64,000 nucleotides of DNA from Verrucomicrobiota bacterium. GTDB taxonomy: Bacteria; Verrucomicrobiota; Verrucomicrobiia; Opitutales; Cerasicoccaceae. Shown here in pieces: positions 9,557-20,160 of this stretch (position 1 is the stretch's first letter; every line of letters begins with the position of its first letter). Where the stretch lies: contig JBCBUK010000001.1 of assembly GCA_039818205.1 (NCBI GenBank), positions 480,001-544,000 of the forward strand, written 5' to 3'. The notes beneath the pieces are model-generated. The model did no database searches. It was given only the letters and a program-made list of their open reading frames with translations, and had not been told where the DNA came from. The position numbers and the translations under genes were made by a program.

Positions 9557-10426
9557 CTAGTTCTGTGGTGTAAGGTCCTTGATAAATATATTTTTGTACA
9601 TCGCAGACCCACCGGGTTGCCATCTTCCTCCGGGATGAACCTGCAATGCGATTGATCCGCTACCGCCCGTTATTTTTTGGACTTTCTCGCTATCCCAAGC
9701 ACTCGGCTTGTCCCAGTCCTGTTGAATCTCATCCCGAAGCTGGCGGCCGCGATACAGGCTACCATCGAACTCCATTACTTTAACGCCGTTTATCCAGGTA
9801 GTAATAAATGGTTCCGGACCGACACAGACAACTTTCAAGGTATTCCACTCGCCATGCTTCCAAGCTTGGTTCCAGCCCTCGGCATCAATCGCGTAGAGTA
9901 AGCCATCAACCTCAACAGCGTCATAGATGTCGCGAGCAATGACATCGTTCGCTTCACTCACGTTTGGCTCCCCATAAAGGCGAATGGGTCTCGAAATATA
10001 GGCACCCGTTCCCTGCCCGAAAGGAAAACCAATAGAGCCATCTTCTAGGTAGTCGTTGAGAACCTGAATGCCGCGTCCGTCGTCGGTACAACGAAGGAAA
10101 ATCCCGGAATCGCATCCCCAGTCGCTTTTAATATCAATCAGCAATTCAAAGTCTCGAAACTTCTTTTCTGAAAGGAGGAGACCACCTTTTCGCTCTGGCC
10201 CTGTTTGGAAGCAGTGGAGCGCACCACCCTTTACGAAGAAATTTTCTTCGGTTGCATAGTATTTATTATCCGCTGGCACCTCCATAATCTTCCAGCCATC
10301 CAATGAGTCTCCATTGAACAGGCTTTGATGCTCGGCGGTCGATGAGCAACAACTAGGCTTGGCAAACACACTACAGATTGCACCTACGCCTAAACAAAGC
10401 GAAAAGCAGATGGTCGGGATTTTCAT
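9557..10426 (-). CDS. DUF1080 (3-keto-disaccharide hydrolase-like) secreted protein
   Basis: SLFNGDSLDGW, FRDFEL, DSGIFLR, GEWNTLKV, GSIALQVH, YKNIFIK; signal peptide from ATG 10426. Confidence 0.85.
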   Translation of the reverse strand: MKIPTICFSLCLGVGAICSVFAKPSCCSSTAEHQSLFNGDSLDGWKIMEVPADNKYYATEENFFVKGGALHCFQTGPERKGGLLLSEKKFRDFELLIDIKSDWGCDSGIFLRCTDDGRGIQVLNDYLEDGSIGFPFGQGTGAYISRPIRLYGEPNVSEANDVIARDIYDAVEVDGLLYAIDAEGWNQAWKHGEWNTLKVVCVGPEPFITTWINGVKVMEFDGSLYRGRQLRDEIQQDWDKPSAWDSEKVQKITGGSGSIALQVHPGGRWQPGGSAMYKNIFIKDLTPQN

Positions 10427-10446
10427 TATCGTTGCTTGTTGAATGT

Positions 10447-11835
10447 TTAAGCCTTCCAGAGCTCGTCGCCATACTCCCACCCCTTACGAGTATCCCCGCG
10501 CAGGTAGGCATTTAACTCAGGCCGATTGGTGATTCCTTTCTTTGGATCCCATTCGATACGGCCACCAACCTTCGTCGCAAGCACACCGATCAACATCATC
10601 TCCGTGAACGGCCCGGCAAAATCAAAGTTAGCGCCCGGTTCAGGTCCATCTCCCTTAATGGCGTTCACCCACTCGCGAAATGGACCCCCCTTAAGACGAG
10701 GATACTTTTGTTCGGGATAGCCTGCGGCTTTAAACTCCCTCATCGCCTCTTTGTCGGCCAGCCGCGGGTTGTTTGAGCGCGCATCCGTGAAGACATCTTG
10801 TTTCTCACCAAAGTAATAGGTTCCGGTATCCGGGAGCTTCTCTCCCCAGGTCCATTTTTCCGGAGCATTCGGTAACATCTCAGCCGCACCGTTGTGCCAG
10901 TAGAACTTGCAAGGTATTTTGCTTCCTCGCTCTTTAAACTCCCACCGAACAACATTGCCGTCCGGGACAATCCAATCGTTTCCGCCGGAGACTGTTTCCG
11001 CCTCAACCACAACCGGCTCATACAAATCAAGAACCCAAACCGGCGCATCTGCCACGTGCGGCATCCAATCCCCGATCAATCCATTGCCAAATGTATTAAA
11101 CCCGCGCCAGCTTTTTGGATGGTAGAGCTTATTGAAAGGCGTATCGGCGGAGACCGGTCCAAGCCAAAGATCCCAATTCAGCTGTTCCGGAACAACATCG
11201 GTCACCGGAGGAAATTCAATGGGCTTGTGAAAGTAACTATTATCCTCCCCGATAGGCCTCCACTTTGGTCCAACGCGCCACGAATGGACTTCGTTTATCT
11301 GACCAAAAACATCTGCCTCGTACCACTCGCGCATCTGCCGGATGCCATCAAAGGTATGCCCTTGGACTGCCATGTTCGTGACGACCTTGTAGTAGTCCTT
11401 GGCTTTCTTCAAGGTCTGCGCCTGCCAAATGTTGTGCGTGAGCGGTTTCTGAGTACAAACATGCTTACCCAATTGCATCGCATGCATCGTCGCAACGAAG
11501 TGCGTATGGTCGGGGGTATTGATGCATACTGCGTCAATTTCCTTGTCCATCTTGTCCAACATCTGCCGGAAATCGTCAAACTGTGCCGCCTCCGCGACCT
11601 CCGGGTGCTTCTCTTGGTGCTGAAGAAAACGGCGTGAATCAACATCGGCGAGCGCCACAATGTTTTCTCCCTTACAACCGCCATAAGCCATTGCCGCGAT
11701 GTTTCCAGCGCCGATCATGGCAATGTTGATTTTACTGTTAGCCGATGGTCCAGGCTTCCCAATACTAAAGCGCGGAAGCGTGAATGCGCCAGCGGTTGCT
11801 ACCGCTGATGTCTTGATGAAGTTACGACGATTCAT
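10447..11835 (-). CDS. Tat-exported Gfo/Idh/MocA oxidoreductase
   Basis: Twin-arginine [48 protein letters not shown]. Confidence 0.9.
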   Translation of the reverse strand: MNRRNFIKTSAVATAGAFTLPRFSIGKPGPSANSKINIAMIGAGNIAAMAYGGCKGENIVALADVDSRRFLQHQEKHPEVAEAAQFDDFRQMLDKMDKEIDAVCINTPDHTHFVATMHAMQLGKHVCTQKPLTHNIWQAQTLKKAKDYYKVVTNMAVQGHTFDGIRQMREWYEADVFGQINEVHSWRVGPKWRPIGEDNSYFHKPIEFPPVTDVVPEQLNWDLWLGPVSADTPFNKLYHPKSWRGFNTFGNGLIGDWMPHVADAPVWVLDLYEPVVVEAETVSGGNDWIVPDGNVVRWEFKERGSKIPCKFYWHNGAAEMLPNAPEKWTWGEKLPDTGTYYFGEKQDVFTDARSNNPRLADKEAMREFKAAGYPEQKYPRLKGGPFREWVNAIKGDGPEPGANFDFAGPFTEMMLIGVLATKVGGRIEWDPKKGITNRPELNAYLRGDTRKGWEYGDELWKA

Positions 11836-11952
11836 TTACTCTTGAGGTATCTTTGGTTTTCACGACGCCATCCGACTCAAACGGCATTAAGGCATGTATC
11901 TTTTGGCAATTCTAGTGAGCAACCTCATTACCAAAAGCCTTTTTTGTGACGA

Positions 11953-11965
11953 TTATTGTCAATAA
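11953..11965. promoter_or_regulatory. Palindrome TTATTG-T-CAATAA upstream of the Gfo-DUF1080 pair
   Basis: 13-bp inverted repeat in an intergenic region; contains a minus-strand TTGACA. Confidence 0.3.
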
Positions 11966-12087
11966 ACCAAAGTCTAGAAACCCAGCACTCCAGAGCAAAC
12001 TATCTATCTATAGCCCAACCAATCCTCCGCTCCGTGCAGCGGACAATAATGCCCCTCAAATAATGACCGGTTGATGGCGCCGTGAAA

Positions 12088-13146
12088 TCAACCAATGGAA
12101 CCGTCCCAACGCAATCGCACGTGGTAGGACGCCGGGGTATTCCCAGGCAAATCAGCCGGTCCCAAGATATGCTCATTGCTGGGTGCGACCCCAACCGGAG
12201 CCGGTTGAACAGCCAACAACAAGTAACGACTCCCGTCGGTATCGATAAAAATCTGCGGTCGCTCCAGACGCTCAAACTGAATATGGGCGCCATCGTCCAT
12301 CTCGACCTCACGATCAATTACGAAGTGGGGGTCGCTTGGCTTCCAATTGATGCCATCCGTAGATTGAAACAAGAGTAAGCCCATTTCTCCAGTGGGCGAA
12401 ATCCTCGCGTCCATCGTCTTCATCAAGCAAAAGATGATGTCGTCTTCGACCCATATAGCAGGGTCTTCATATGGAAAGAGTTCACCGGGCAAATCAAACA
12501 AGCAATCTGGATGGAGTTGGAAAGGTCCAGTCGGAGACTCAGCAAAAGCAACGCCATGCCTAACGGCTCCTCCACGTGTTTCCGTGCCTTCGGCGACCCC
12601 CTTAAACATTAAAAGGAAGCGCCCATCGGGCATCTGGGTTGCAACTGGATTTGCATGCATCAGCCCGTCCCACTGTCCGGATCTTGGAATCAGCAAGGGT
12701 TCATCTGAACGCTTCCATGGTCCCGCCGGGTGATCGGCCACCGCAACTCCGATCCGTTGATTATTGCGATGGCTCCAGTAATCGCCGTTTCCATGGTTGC
12801 CAGTGTAGTACATGTAATAGCGATCGCCGAACTGCTTAACCAGAACGTTGTGCGCATTGTCCGCGTCCCAAAAAGCCCCTGTTCGTTTTCCCAACACCAG
12901 CTCCTTGAACTCAAATGGCTTATCCAACGAAGTCGACTCCGCACGAATAATTTCGGATTGATTAATCCAACCATCGTGACCGGAGGACTCGGGCCAGCGA
13001 CAGAGAAACAGGTGATAGCGCCCCTCAGGGTCGCGGACCATTGAAGCGCACCAAACAAACCAACCCTGCATCTTGAAGAAATGCCTTTCGTTCGCGGGTT
13101 GGAATCGGTTCTTTGTTTTGGGATCAGACATTACAAGATCTTTCAT
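12088..13146 (-). CDS. Five-bladed beta-propeller glycoside hydrolase (GH43/32/117-like), no signal peptide
   Basis: WCASM, YYMYYTGN, NNQRIGVAVADHPAGPW, HANP, HGVAFAESPTGPF, EDPAIW, ERLERPQ. Start placed at ATG 13146, just after the upstream stop. Confidence 0.75.
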   Translation of the reverse strand: MKDLVMSDPKTKNRFQPANERHFFKMQGWFVWCASMVRDPEGRYHLFLCRWPESSGHDGWINQSEIIRAESTSLDKPFEFKELVLGKRTGAFWDADNAHNVLVKQFGDRYYMYYTGNHGNGDYWSHRNNQRIGVAVADHPAGPWKRSDEPLLIPRSGQWDGLMHANPVATQMPDGRFLLMFKGVAEGTETRGGAVRHGVAFAESPTGPFQLHPDCLFDLPGELFPYEDPAIWVEDDIIFCLMKTMDARISPTGEMGLLLFQSTDGINWKPSDPHFVIDREVEMDDGAHIQFERLERPQIFIDTDGSRYLLLAVQPAPVGVAPSNEHILGPADLPGNTPASYHVRLRWDGSIG

Positions 13147-13150
13147 ATCG

Positions 13151-15148
13151 CTACCGAGTGGTTTGCGTATCAATCCGCACAGTGCCAATTGTCGCTTTCG
13201 GAGCCTTTCCAGCAGATAGCTTCAAGCTTATCTCATTGTCGCCGGCTATTAAAGCGCTAGCGGGAAGGGGCAATCGAATCGGTGCAAGCAGGTCGACGCT
13301 ACCTTCGGCGATGCCGAGATCGAACTCCTGAGAAAACCCATTCACGTCGGCCGTCAATACAGTGCCTTTCGTAAACCCTTTTGGAGCTGAGACGGACACA
13401 ACCAATGTGGCCTCTTCATTAATCCGTTTGCTTGGCAAATCAATACGATAGGTAGCGGGTTCGCTCCCCAAAGGTTTAATCGTTTGACTGGCGTAGAAAC
13501 GCTCAACCACACGAGTGCCTTTCAGCTCGGCTGAGGGAAGTTTCACTTTCACAATTGCGGTTTCTTCCGGCGCCAGAACTAATTCCGTTGGGTCGATCAC
13601 TTCCTTGGCCTCCGTATCAATCCGCCACTTGCCAGTAATTTCCTTAGCGGTGTAATCCTCAGGATACTCTCCGTCCCAACGCATCCGGGCAATCGTTGCA
13701 TCCCCCTTGGCGACATCGAAGCCAAGGTCCAAGTTCAACTGAAGTTCCTCATCGGGTGCATTGTGTAACAGCACAAGCAGCTCATCGTCATTACGTGCCG
13801 CGATTAGGAACAAGCCGAGCTCATTTTGGGCATCAATACCGACCCAGCTTGCTGGAACACGGGTGCCTTCAAAATTCCGATAGAACTTGTAGAAATCTAG
13901 CAGGAGCGTTGGTTGCAGACTCATGTCATCGGGATAACCAGGGCGAGTATACAGTGCCTGACCACGCTGTTGTGCATATCCGGGATCACTGACCGGCAAG
14001 ATAAATGGAACCGTGAGTTGAATCTCAGGCCGGTCCATAAACGCCATCCACAGACGAGTGATCGTGGTTCCGAAAAGGTAATAGGAGTAATCGTTGAACC
14101 AAGGACCCTTTTGCGGAGTGATTCCCTGTCGGCCAAACTCCGTAATAATCAGCGGCAACGACGGGCCACCCCAAGTCGCTTGGTGATGAGCATACACCAA
14201 ATCCATAAACGACTCGATTTTACCGAAGTCCCAAACATATTGGTTTCCGTTAAGAAACGCTTTATACATGCTTGGCTCGGGCTGCTGCTGTTCCGGGCGA
14301 TGATTTCGTGTAATCCCAGCCGAACTAGCCCATCCCTCTTTACTATATACGTGCAAATCATAAGCGCCGGCAACGTCGCCAACTTCCTCGATGAAAATTC
14401 TCTCCCAACCGGAATCTTGCCAACGTCGCCAATCACTCCTCGGATGCGGCCACGCCGAGCTTGGTCCGGACAAGAGAACGTCAGGATGTTTATTCTCGAA
14501 AAGCTCAGCTAACTGCCGAGCAAACATTGCATGATCGTAGGCCGGGTCAGGTGTCTTACCCCAAGCGGCATCGGGCTCATTTAAAGGAGTAAAATATCGT
14601 GGCGGATTTGCTCCACCAGCTTTGATTGTCGACACCCATTCATCGATTAGATCGACATTCAATTCGATGTCGTCAGGGTGCACCCCCTTCCGATCCTTGG
14701 TTAACATCGTTGAGTCGACTTCCGCGCCGTTATCGCCGTGAGTCACCTGATTTGAACCGGGATAGTTTCCACCTGAGAGCGAATGAAGAACCCCGGGATA
14801 ACGCTCGTCCGCGTTCCGGTAAATGCGAACATAGTTGTCGAACTGCTTCTGCAATTTCGGAGCCCAACCGGCTCGCTGTGTATCTCCACCATTGTGCCCG
14901 AGGTATGGACCCGTGCCTCGGCCCGGCGAAATATTCAGCTCTTTCATCCAAGCAGCCTGCTCGTCGCTAAACATGCCGGGGATGTGGTACGTTCGGAAGT
15001 ACCGCTCGCGAGCAACATCGTCGATTTTATGAGGACCGGCTTTGAGTTCTAGAACAAGTTCGGGCTCAATCTTCAGGGTCACTGGTTCAGCAACCGCATT
15101 AGCGATTGAAAGAGAAGCAATGATCGTCGCCAACAATGTAGGTTTCAT
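13151..15148 (-). CDS. Divergent GH86-like (clan GH-A) glycoside hydrolase, beta-agarase/porphyranase-related
   Basis: Signal peptide MKPTLLATIIASLSIANAVA; LNEP acid/base and IITEFG nucleophile motifs; colinear similarity to the GH86 at 60784-62631. Confidence 0.65.
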   Translation of the reverse strand: MKPTLLATIIASLSIANAVAEPVTLKIEPELVLELKAGPHKIDDVARERYFRTYHIPGMFSDEQAAWMKELNISPGRGTGPYLGHNGGDTQRAGWAPKLQKQFDNYVRIYRNADERYPGVLHSLSGGNYPGSNQVTHGDNGAEVDSTMLTKDRKGVHPDDIELNVDLIDEWVSTIKAGGANPPRYFTPLNEPDAAWGKTPDPAYDHAMFARQLAELFENKHPDVLLSGPSSAWPHPRSDWRRWQDSGWERIFIEEVGDVAGAYDLHVYSKEGWASSAGITRNHRPEQQQPEPSMYKAFLNGNQYVWDFGKIESFMDLVYAHHQATWGGPSLPLIITEFGRQGITPQKGPWFNDYSYYLFGTTITRLWMAFMDRPEIQLTVPFILPVSDPGYAQQRGQALYTRPGYPDDMSLQPTLLLDFYKFYRNFEGTRVPASWVGIDAQNELGLFLIAARNDDELLVLLHNAPDEELQLNLDLGFDVAKGDATIARMRWDGEYPEDYTAKEITGKWRIDTEAKEVIDPTELVLAPEETAIVKVKLPSAELKGTRVVERFYASQTIKPLGSEPATYRIDLPSKRINEEATLVVSVSAPKGFTKGTVLTADVNGFSQEFDLGIAEGSVDLLAPIRLPLPASALIAGDNEISLKLSAGKAPKATIGTVRIDTQTTR

Positions 15149-15208
15149 CGTGTATAGGTATTCTATTAACATGATAGCACTTTGCGATCAAAACGCTAGG
15201 TCATTGAC

Positions 15209-15233
15209 GACGCAAAATGTTCATATTTGCGCC
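15209..15233. promoter_or_regulatory. Imperfect palindrome (CGCAAA-N9-TTTGCG) upstream of the GH86-like gene
   Basis: GACGCAAAATGTTCATATTTGCGCC lies about 60 bp upstream of the ATG at 15148. Confidence 0.35.
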
Positions 15234-15300
15234 AGATTGATCGAAAATACTAAAGAAAATTTGGTTCTTTGGTTCTATTTATACAGTATTAAAGCAAGGC

Positions 15301-16977
15301 TCATTGACCAAACTCTCCAAAGGGATGAGGTAGGTCTGCGAGATAATCCGCCAGCTGGTGCTGCATGGATTGAAGGTCATCATGGTAAGCCGGATCGCTC
15401 GCGAGATTCTTTTGTTCGAAGGGATCTGCCTTCAGGTCATAGAGTTGGTCCTGGTCAAAGTAGTAAGGAAACTCGCGGTCGCTATCCATAATGATGCCCT
15501 TGCTGACATTGTGGGGTGTATTCGTTCTCCCATCCCACCCCGTTCGGCGCCGACGCTTCTGCTCCATCGCCTGGACATTGTCTTGCGCCATCAGTTCAGC
15601 AATGTCAGCTGGTGGACGAGCAGCGATGTATTTATACCGATCAGTCACGACGCCTCGAGTATGCATAACTTCGAGGTACAGAGAGCTACGGCACACCGCT
15701 GATTCCCCAGTAAGCATTGGAAGCATCGTGACGCCATCCATACCGACATCGCCGACATCTTTGCATTGGGCGATGTCTAGTATCGTCGTAACCAGGTCAA
15801 CATTCGAACTCAGTCCTGAGCCCCGCGAACCCGCCTCAATATGACCGGGCCAACGGATGACAAATGGAACTCGAGCCGACTCACCAATCGTATTTTTGCC
15901 ACGACTTTGATGGTCCGACGTGAAAATGAAAACCGTGTTATCGCGCAGCCCCTCATCGTCGAGTTTCTTTAGTACTGCTCCAAGACTGTCATCAATATAG
16001 GTCCCCATAGTATTCACCATCGGGATACCGGCCTCCTGACACCGGCGAACCACATCCGCGCGGGAAGGCATACAGTCTGACACCTGCTCCAGAAATCCTC
16101 CGGGCGTCCCACGCGCATCACGCTCAAACCAATAGGAAGCGTTGGGGTTACGTGCCTGCGAATCGTAATACTGGCGGTGTGGAAGCGGAAGCGAAACGTA
16201 GAGGAAAAATGGTTTCTCGTCACTTTCCATCGCAAAGTCGATAAAGTCGATCGCTCCTTGGGTTACCCACTCTAGATTCTCTTGCCGCAGCTCGGGTGGC
16301 GTTCTCAAAGCGCCAACGTTTCCGATCTGAATGCTGGCGGCAAAATCAAAGCCCTGCTGAACTTTCATTGCCTCACATTCAAGTTGCTGTGCCTCCATAA
16401 TAAGCTCGTTGACCCCAGAATCAGACAGTTTCATGTCCCGCATCTCCTTCGTGTAGGCACCCGCATTGTGACCGTTGTGCCATTTCCCAACGATGCCAGT
16501 CGTATAGCCATTCGCCTGAAGCACTTTGGCGAGACTGTTCTCGTCTTTGGAGAGGTTCGTGCTCCAGTCGACACTGGCCGGAGTTCCAGCAGGATGCTTC
16601 TTCTGAAAGTCCTTGCTGCGACTCGCGTAGCGCCCAGTTAGGATTGAATATCTACTCGGCGAGCAGATAGGCGATGTAATGTAAAAACGCTCCAATACCA
16701 TCCCTTCTTTCGCCAGCTGTTGAAGGTGCGGCATCAGCATCTTGGGATTAGAGAAATAATCCCGCTGCGGGCGGTCATACTGGGGCAAATCGTCATCATA
16801 GTAGCCCTTCTGTTTCATCCCAGTATGACTCGGAAAACGATCAAGGTCGTAAAGGCCCTCCGGCACTTCGTCGAAATCAAGATCATCGGTAAAATACAGG
16901 ACAATGTTTGGTCGATCGTCTGCGCAAAGCAGAGCCGTCGTCACAAATACCAATACAAAACAGAAACAGTTTCTCAT
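15301..16977 (-). CDS. S1 formylglycine-dependent sulfatase
   Basis: [30 protein letters not shown]; signal peptide. Confidence 0.93.
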   Translation of the reverse strand: MRNCFCFVLVFVTTALLCADDRPNIVLYFTDDLDFDEVPEGLYDLDRFPSHTGMKQKGYYDDDLPQYDRPQRDYFSNPKMLMPHLQQLAKEGMVLERFYITSPICSPSRYSILTGRYASRSKDFQKKHPAGTPASVDWSTNLSKDENSLAKVLQANGYTTGIVGKWHNGHNAGAYTKEMRDMKLSDSGVNELIMEAQQLECEAMKVQQGFDFAASIQIGNVGALRTPPELRQENLEWVTQGAIDFIDFAMESDEKPFFLYVSLPLPHRQYYDSQARNPNASYWFERDARGTPGGFLEQVSDCMPSRADVVRRCQEAGIPMVNTMGTYIDDSLGAVLKKLDDEGLRDNTVFIFTSDHQSRGKNTIGESARVPFVIRWPGHIEAGSRGSGLSSNVDLVTTILDIAQCKDVGDVGMDGVTMLPMLTGESAVCRSSLYLEVMHTRGVVTDRYKYIAARPPADIAELMAQDNVQAMEQKRRRRTGWDGRTNTPHNVSKGIIMDSDREFPYYFDQDQLYDLKADPFEQKNLASDPAYHDDLQSMQHQLADYLADLPHPFGEFGQ

Positions 16978-16984
16978 AAAATTA

Positions 16985-18715
16985 TCACGTATCCGTTTGA
17001 GTTTTCTTCAGCAATAGTTTGGCGAGCAAGACACTCGTTAGAACAAGTCCAATCCCCATAATTGAGAGTGTCTTTATCTCATCGGGTGAGAACAATATCA
17101 GCACGAACATCATCCCCCCCAAAAGGCCGAGACTCCAAACAAGAATTTGCAGGGGTAAACGCGTAGAACTTGGGACACCTGGGCCCGCCATTTGTTTCGC
17201 TTGGGTCGTCGCCTCTTGCAAACGATCCCAGCCCGATGCGACTCCCCTCGCCCGCAGCTCGGCAACGACCAGTATCGCTAAAGGGACTAAAACACCAACG
17301 AGCAAGTCGCTCTCGCGCGGATTCGCAGCAACAAACCGCGATAGACCGGCTAAGGCCTCGACGTTGCTGAACCAACCGCCTTCACCAAAACCAAATTTGT
17401 AGAGTGACCCGGCAACAATACCGCCACCCAAAGTCCACCATACAACCTCTTGACCAACTCGTTTCGAAAACAGTGCCCAAAGAGTCGGCAGAAGAATTGA
17501 CGACCCAACAAGACTGCCGATCAAAATTATGATATCTCGATAGCTACCGAGCCGCGGCAGAATCAACGCCCCCGCCAGCATATAGATACCGATTACAATT
17601 GTGAAAATCCGCCCTGCCCGAACGGTTTGCGATTCGGAGGCATTCGGTTTGATGCGTTTTCGATACACATCGTCCGTTAACACACCGGCAAACATATTGA
17701 GCACGCTCGAAAGCGAGCTCGCGGTTGCCGAAAACATCGCCGCAACCATCAATCCGACAATGCCGGCAGGAAGTACCGCTTCGCAGGCCAAGATGTAAGC
17801 TTCCTGCGGGTCTGCTTCACCATTAATCGAGCGATAAATTAGCGGCGGTGCCATCCACACAAACGGCGTTACCAAATAGAGCCATCCAAAAAGATACATT
17901 GCCTTCCGCGAATCACGCTTCGTTGGAACACAAAGATGCCGCTGAATAAAATGCCACTCTGCCCCCAGCTGGAAACAGTTAATGAGCATCCACCCGACGA
18001 GAAATATCCACGAAAAACCTGGGGCTGTCGGTTTAAAAAATCCCTCGGGTGAGTTGGCAACGACGTTAGACCAACCGCCACCGAGATCTAGAATCAATGG
18101 TAGAACAAAAATCACGCAAACGCTCAGCACAATGAACTGAAGCATATCCGTCATCAACACCGCCCAAAGCCCGCCGATCATAGTGTACGTAATGACAATT
18201 AGGGCGATAATAATGCAGGCTAAATCGACCGACAGATTGCCCGTCGCAGGGTCTCGCAGGAGATGGCCTTCCTCCAATGGAATCAGCGGGCAAAGCATAA
18301 CGGACAACGCATAAAGCGATAGACCGTGAACACAGAGAAAGACACCACGATATAAAGTGTAGAAATTGAACGGTCCTTTTCCAAACCGAAGCTGCACAAA
18401 CTCGGCTCCAGTTGAGAGCTGGGTGTCGTGCCAACGTCCCGCAAAAAATCGCCCCGCAAAGAAAGCTCCGATACCATAGACCGAGCAGATAATTGCACCG
18501 ACCAATCCGAACTCATACGTAATCCCACCCCATACCACAAAGGTGCCAGCCGAAAACATGGTCATATAGGCGGACACGCCAGACAGCCACCAAGGAGAAG
18601 ATCGTCCAGCAACGAACATGTCGGAAGCCGTGGTATTTGAGCGCGCAAATAACCCACTCACAGCCACCAACCCTACGAAGTAGAGCAGAATAACAAACCA
18701 ATCAATTCCGGTCAT
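16985..18715 (-). CDS. Sodium:solute symporter (SSS family)
   Basis: [48 protein letters not shown]; many TM helices. Confidence 0.92.
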   Translation of the reverse strand: MTGIDWFVILLYFVGLVAVSGLFARSNTTASDMFVAGRSSPWWLSGVSAYMTMFSAGTFVVWGGITYEFGLVGAIICSVYGIGAFFAGRFFAGRWHDTQLSTGAEFVQLRFGKGPFNFYTLYRGVFLCVHGLSLYALSVMLCPLIPLEEGHLLRDPATGNLSVDLACIIIALIVITYTMIGGLWAVLMTDMLQFIVLSVCVIFVLPLILDLGGGWSNVVANSPEGFFKPTAPGFSWIFLVGWMLINCFQLGAEWHFIQRHLCVPTKRDSRKAMYLFGWLYLVTPFVWMAPPLIYRSINGEADPQEAYILACEAVLPAGIVGLMVAAMFSATASSLSSVLNMFAGVLTDDVYRKRIKPNASESQTVRAGRIFTIVIGIYMLAGALILPRLGSYRDIIILIGSLVGSSILLPTLWALFSKRVGQEVVWWTLGGGIVAGSLYKFGFGEGGWFSNVEALAGLSRFVAANPRESDLLVGVLVPLAILVVAELRARGVASGWDRLQEATTQAKQMAGPGVPSSTRLPLQILVWSLGLLGGMMFVLILFSPDEIKTLSIMGIGLVLTSVLLAKLLLKKTQTDT

Positions 18716-18982
18716 TGAACAACGATGTATATTTCGGGTATCGCATACGGGATAGAGCGGCCAATTTAGCAGGTTTCGTCATTGCGACCTAGTGCTCATA
18801 ACGCAATAATGGTGCACTTTTACGCCACACGCCACTGTTGGCGCATTGTTGCACATAACATACGCTTGCGACAGTATGCATTCACACCAAATTGGCCTAT
18901 CATTCGGCCAAAAATATGGGCAGTCGCCCGATTCCCCGCGCTCGGGGCCTGTAACAATCAAGATTCCGCACACTCCCCAACG

Positions 18983-20122
18983 ATGACAAGCCCTGGCAAC
19001 ATTACCCGCGTCGCAATCCTTATTGATTCATCATCCTCATGGTCACGCTCGCTGATCGAGGGCATACTCGTCTACACAAAAGAAAATGAGCCATGGCACA
19101 TGCACCTCGAGGCACAACCGAGTGGTGATTCCCTCCTGCTGCCCAAAGGATGGAATGGGGACGGTATCATTGCGCGAGTTTCCAGCCCGGAAGTTGCCGA
19201 ACAGCTGGAGGCCCTTGGTCGACCCGTCGTCAATATCTCTTCGATCAAGCTCGAGGGTGTAAACTACCCGCGTGTGATCACCTCTCCGATCTCGGAGGCA
19301 AAACTCGCCTTCGACACTTTCAACACCCGTGGGTTTAGAAACTTCGCCTATGTTGGCGATTTGAGTAAGGGCTACGTTCAAACCGAATACCAAGCCTATC
19401 GATCGCACCTGCAGGAAAACGGAAAACAACTGCACACCTTTGATCTGAGCACAGACCGCTCACTGGGCGATTGGCTGATCGCCCTGCCCAAACCCGTTGG
19501 CCTCTACTGCTGGGGCGCCTACCTCGGGCACGAGATTATCGATACCTGCAAACTCGTCGAAGTGAACGTGCCAAACGATGTGGCTGTCCTTGGGGCGAAC
19601 TATGATCGACTCATGAGCGAGGCGTCCTATCCGGCACAAGCAGGTATTTTGATGGACTCACTCCAGATCGGCCGAACAGCGGCACGAATTCTCGATGAAA
19701 TGATGCAGGGCAAGGAACCGGAGAAATTGGAATGGCACCTGGAACCACTCGGCATAGTGGAGAAGCTCTCGATCGATGCCATGGCGGTTGCCGACCAACG
19801 CATGGCCAACGTAATGCGGTTCCTCAACGAGAACGCCCTCGGACCAATAACTGTTGATGATGTTCTGGCAAAAAACCCAATGGCAAGGCGGACTCTTGAA
19901 AGAAAGTTTCGCCAAACCTTTGGCTGCTCAATCGTCGAACACATTCGACAGATCCGAGTAAACCACGCACGAAAGCTACTCGCCAGCAGCGACCTCCCGA
20001 TCACCGAGATTGCCGACCGTTGCGGCCTATCCTCCTACAACTATCTCAATCGAATCTTCAAGGGCGCAACGGGACTCTCACCAAGCCAATATCGAGCTCA
20101 ATCGCAGCTTCAAGAGGTTTAG
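18983..20122 (+). CDS. XylR-type regulator (periplasmic-binding-fold sensor + C-terminal AraC HTH)
   Basis: RVAILID, DGIIAR, GFRNFAY, LPKPVG, VPNDVAVLG, RRTLERKF, SPSQYR. ATG 18983 preferred. Confidence 0.9.
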   Translation: MTSPGNITRVAILIDSSSSWSRSLIEGILVYTKENEPWHMHLEAQPSGDSLLLPKGWNGDGIIARVSSPEVAEQLEALGRPVVNISSIKLEGVNYPRVITSPISEAKLAFDTFNTRGFRNFAYVGDLSKGYVQTEYQAYRSHLQENGKQLHTFDLSTDRSLGDWLIALPKPVGLYCWGAYLGHEIIDTCKLVEVNVPNDVAVLGANYDRLMSEASYPAQAGILMDSLQIGRTAARILDEMMQGKEPEKLEWHLEPLGIVEKLSIDAMAVADQRMANVMRFLNENALGPITVDDVLAKNPMARRTLERKFRQTFGCSIVEHIRQIRVNHARKLLASSDLPITEIADRCGLSSYNYLNRIFKGATGLSPSQYRAQSQLQEV

Positions 20123-20160
20123 CTCTCGCCCTCGCTTCGATCACTTCACTTCGCAGGCGC

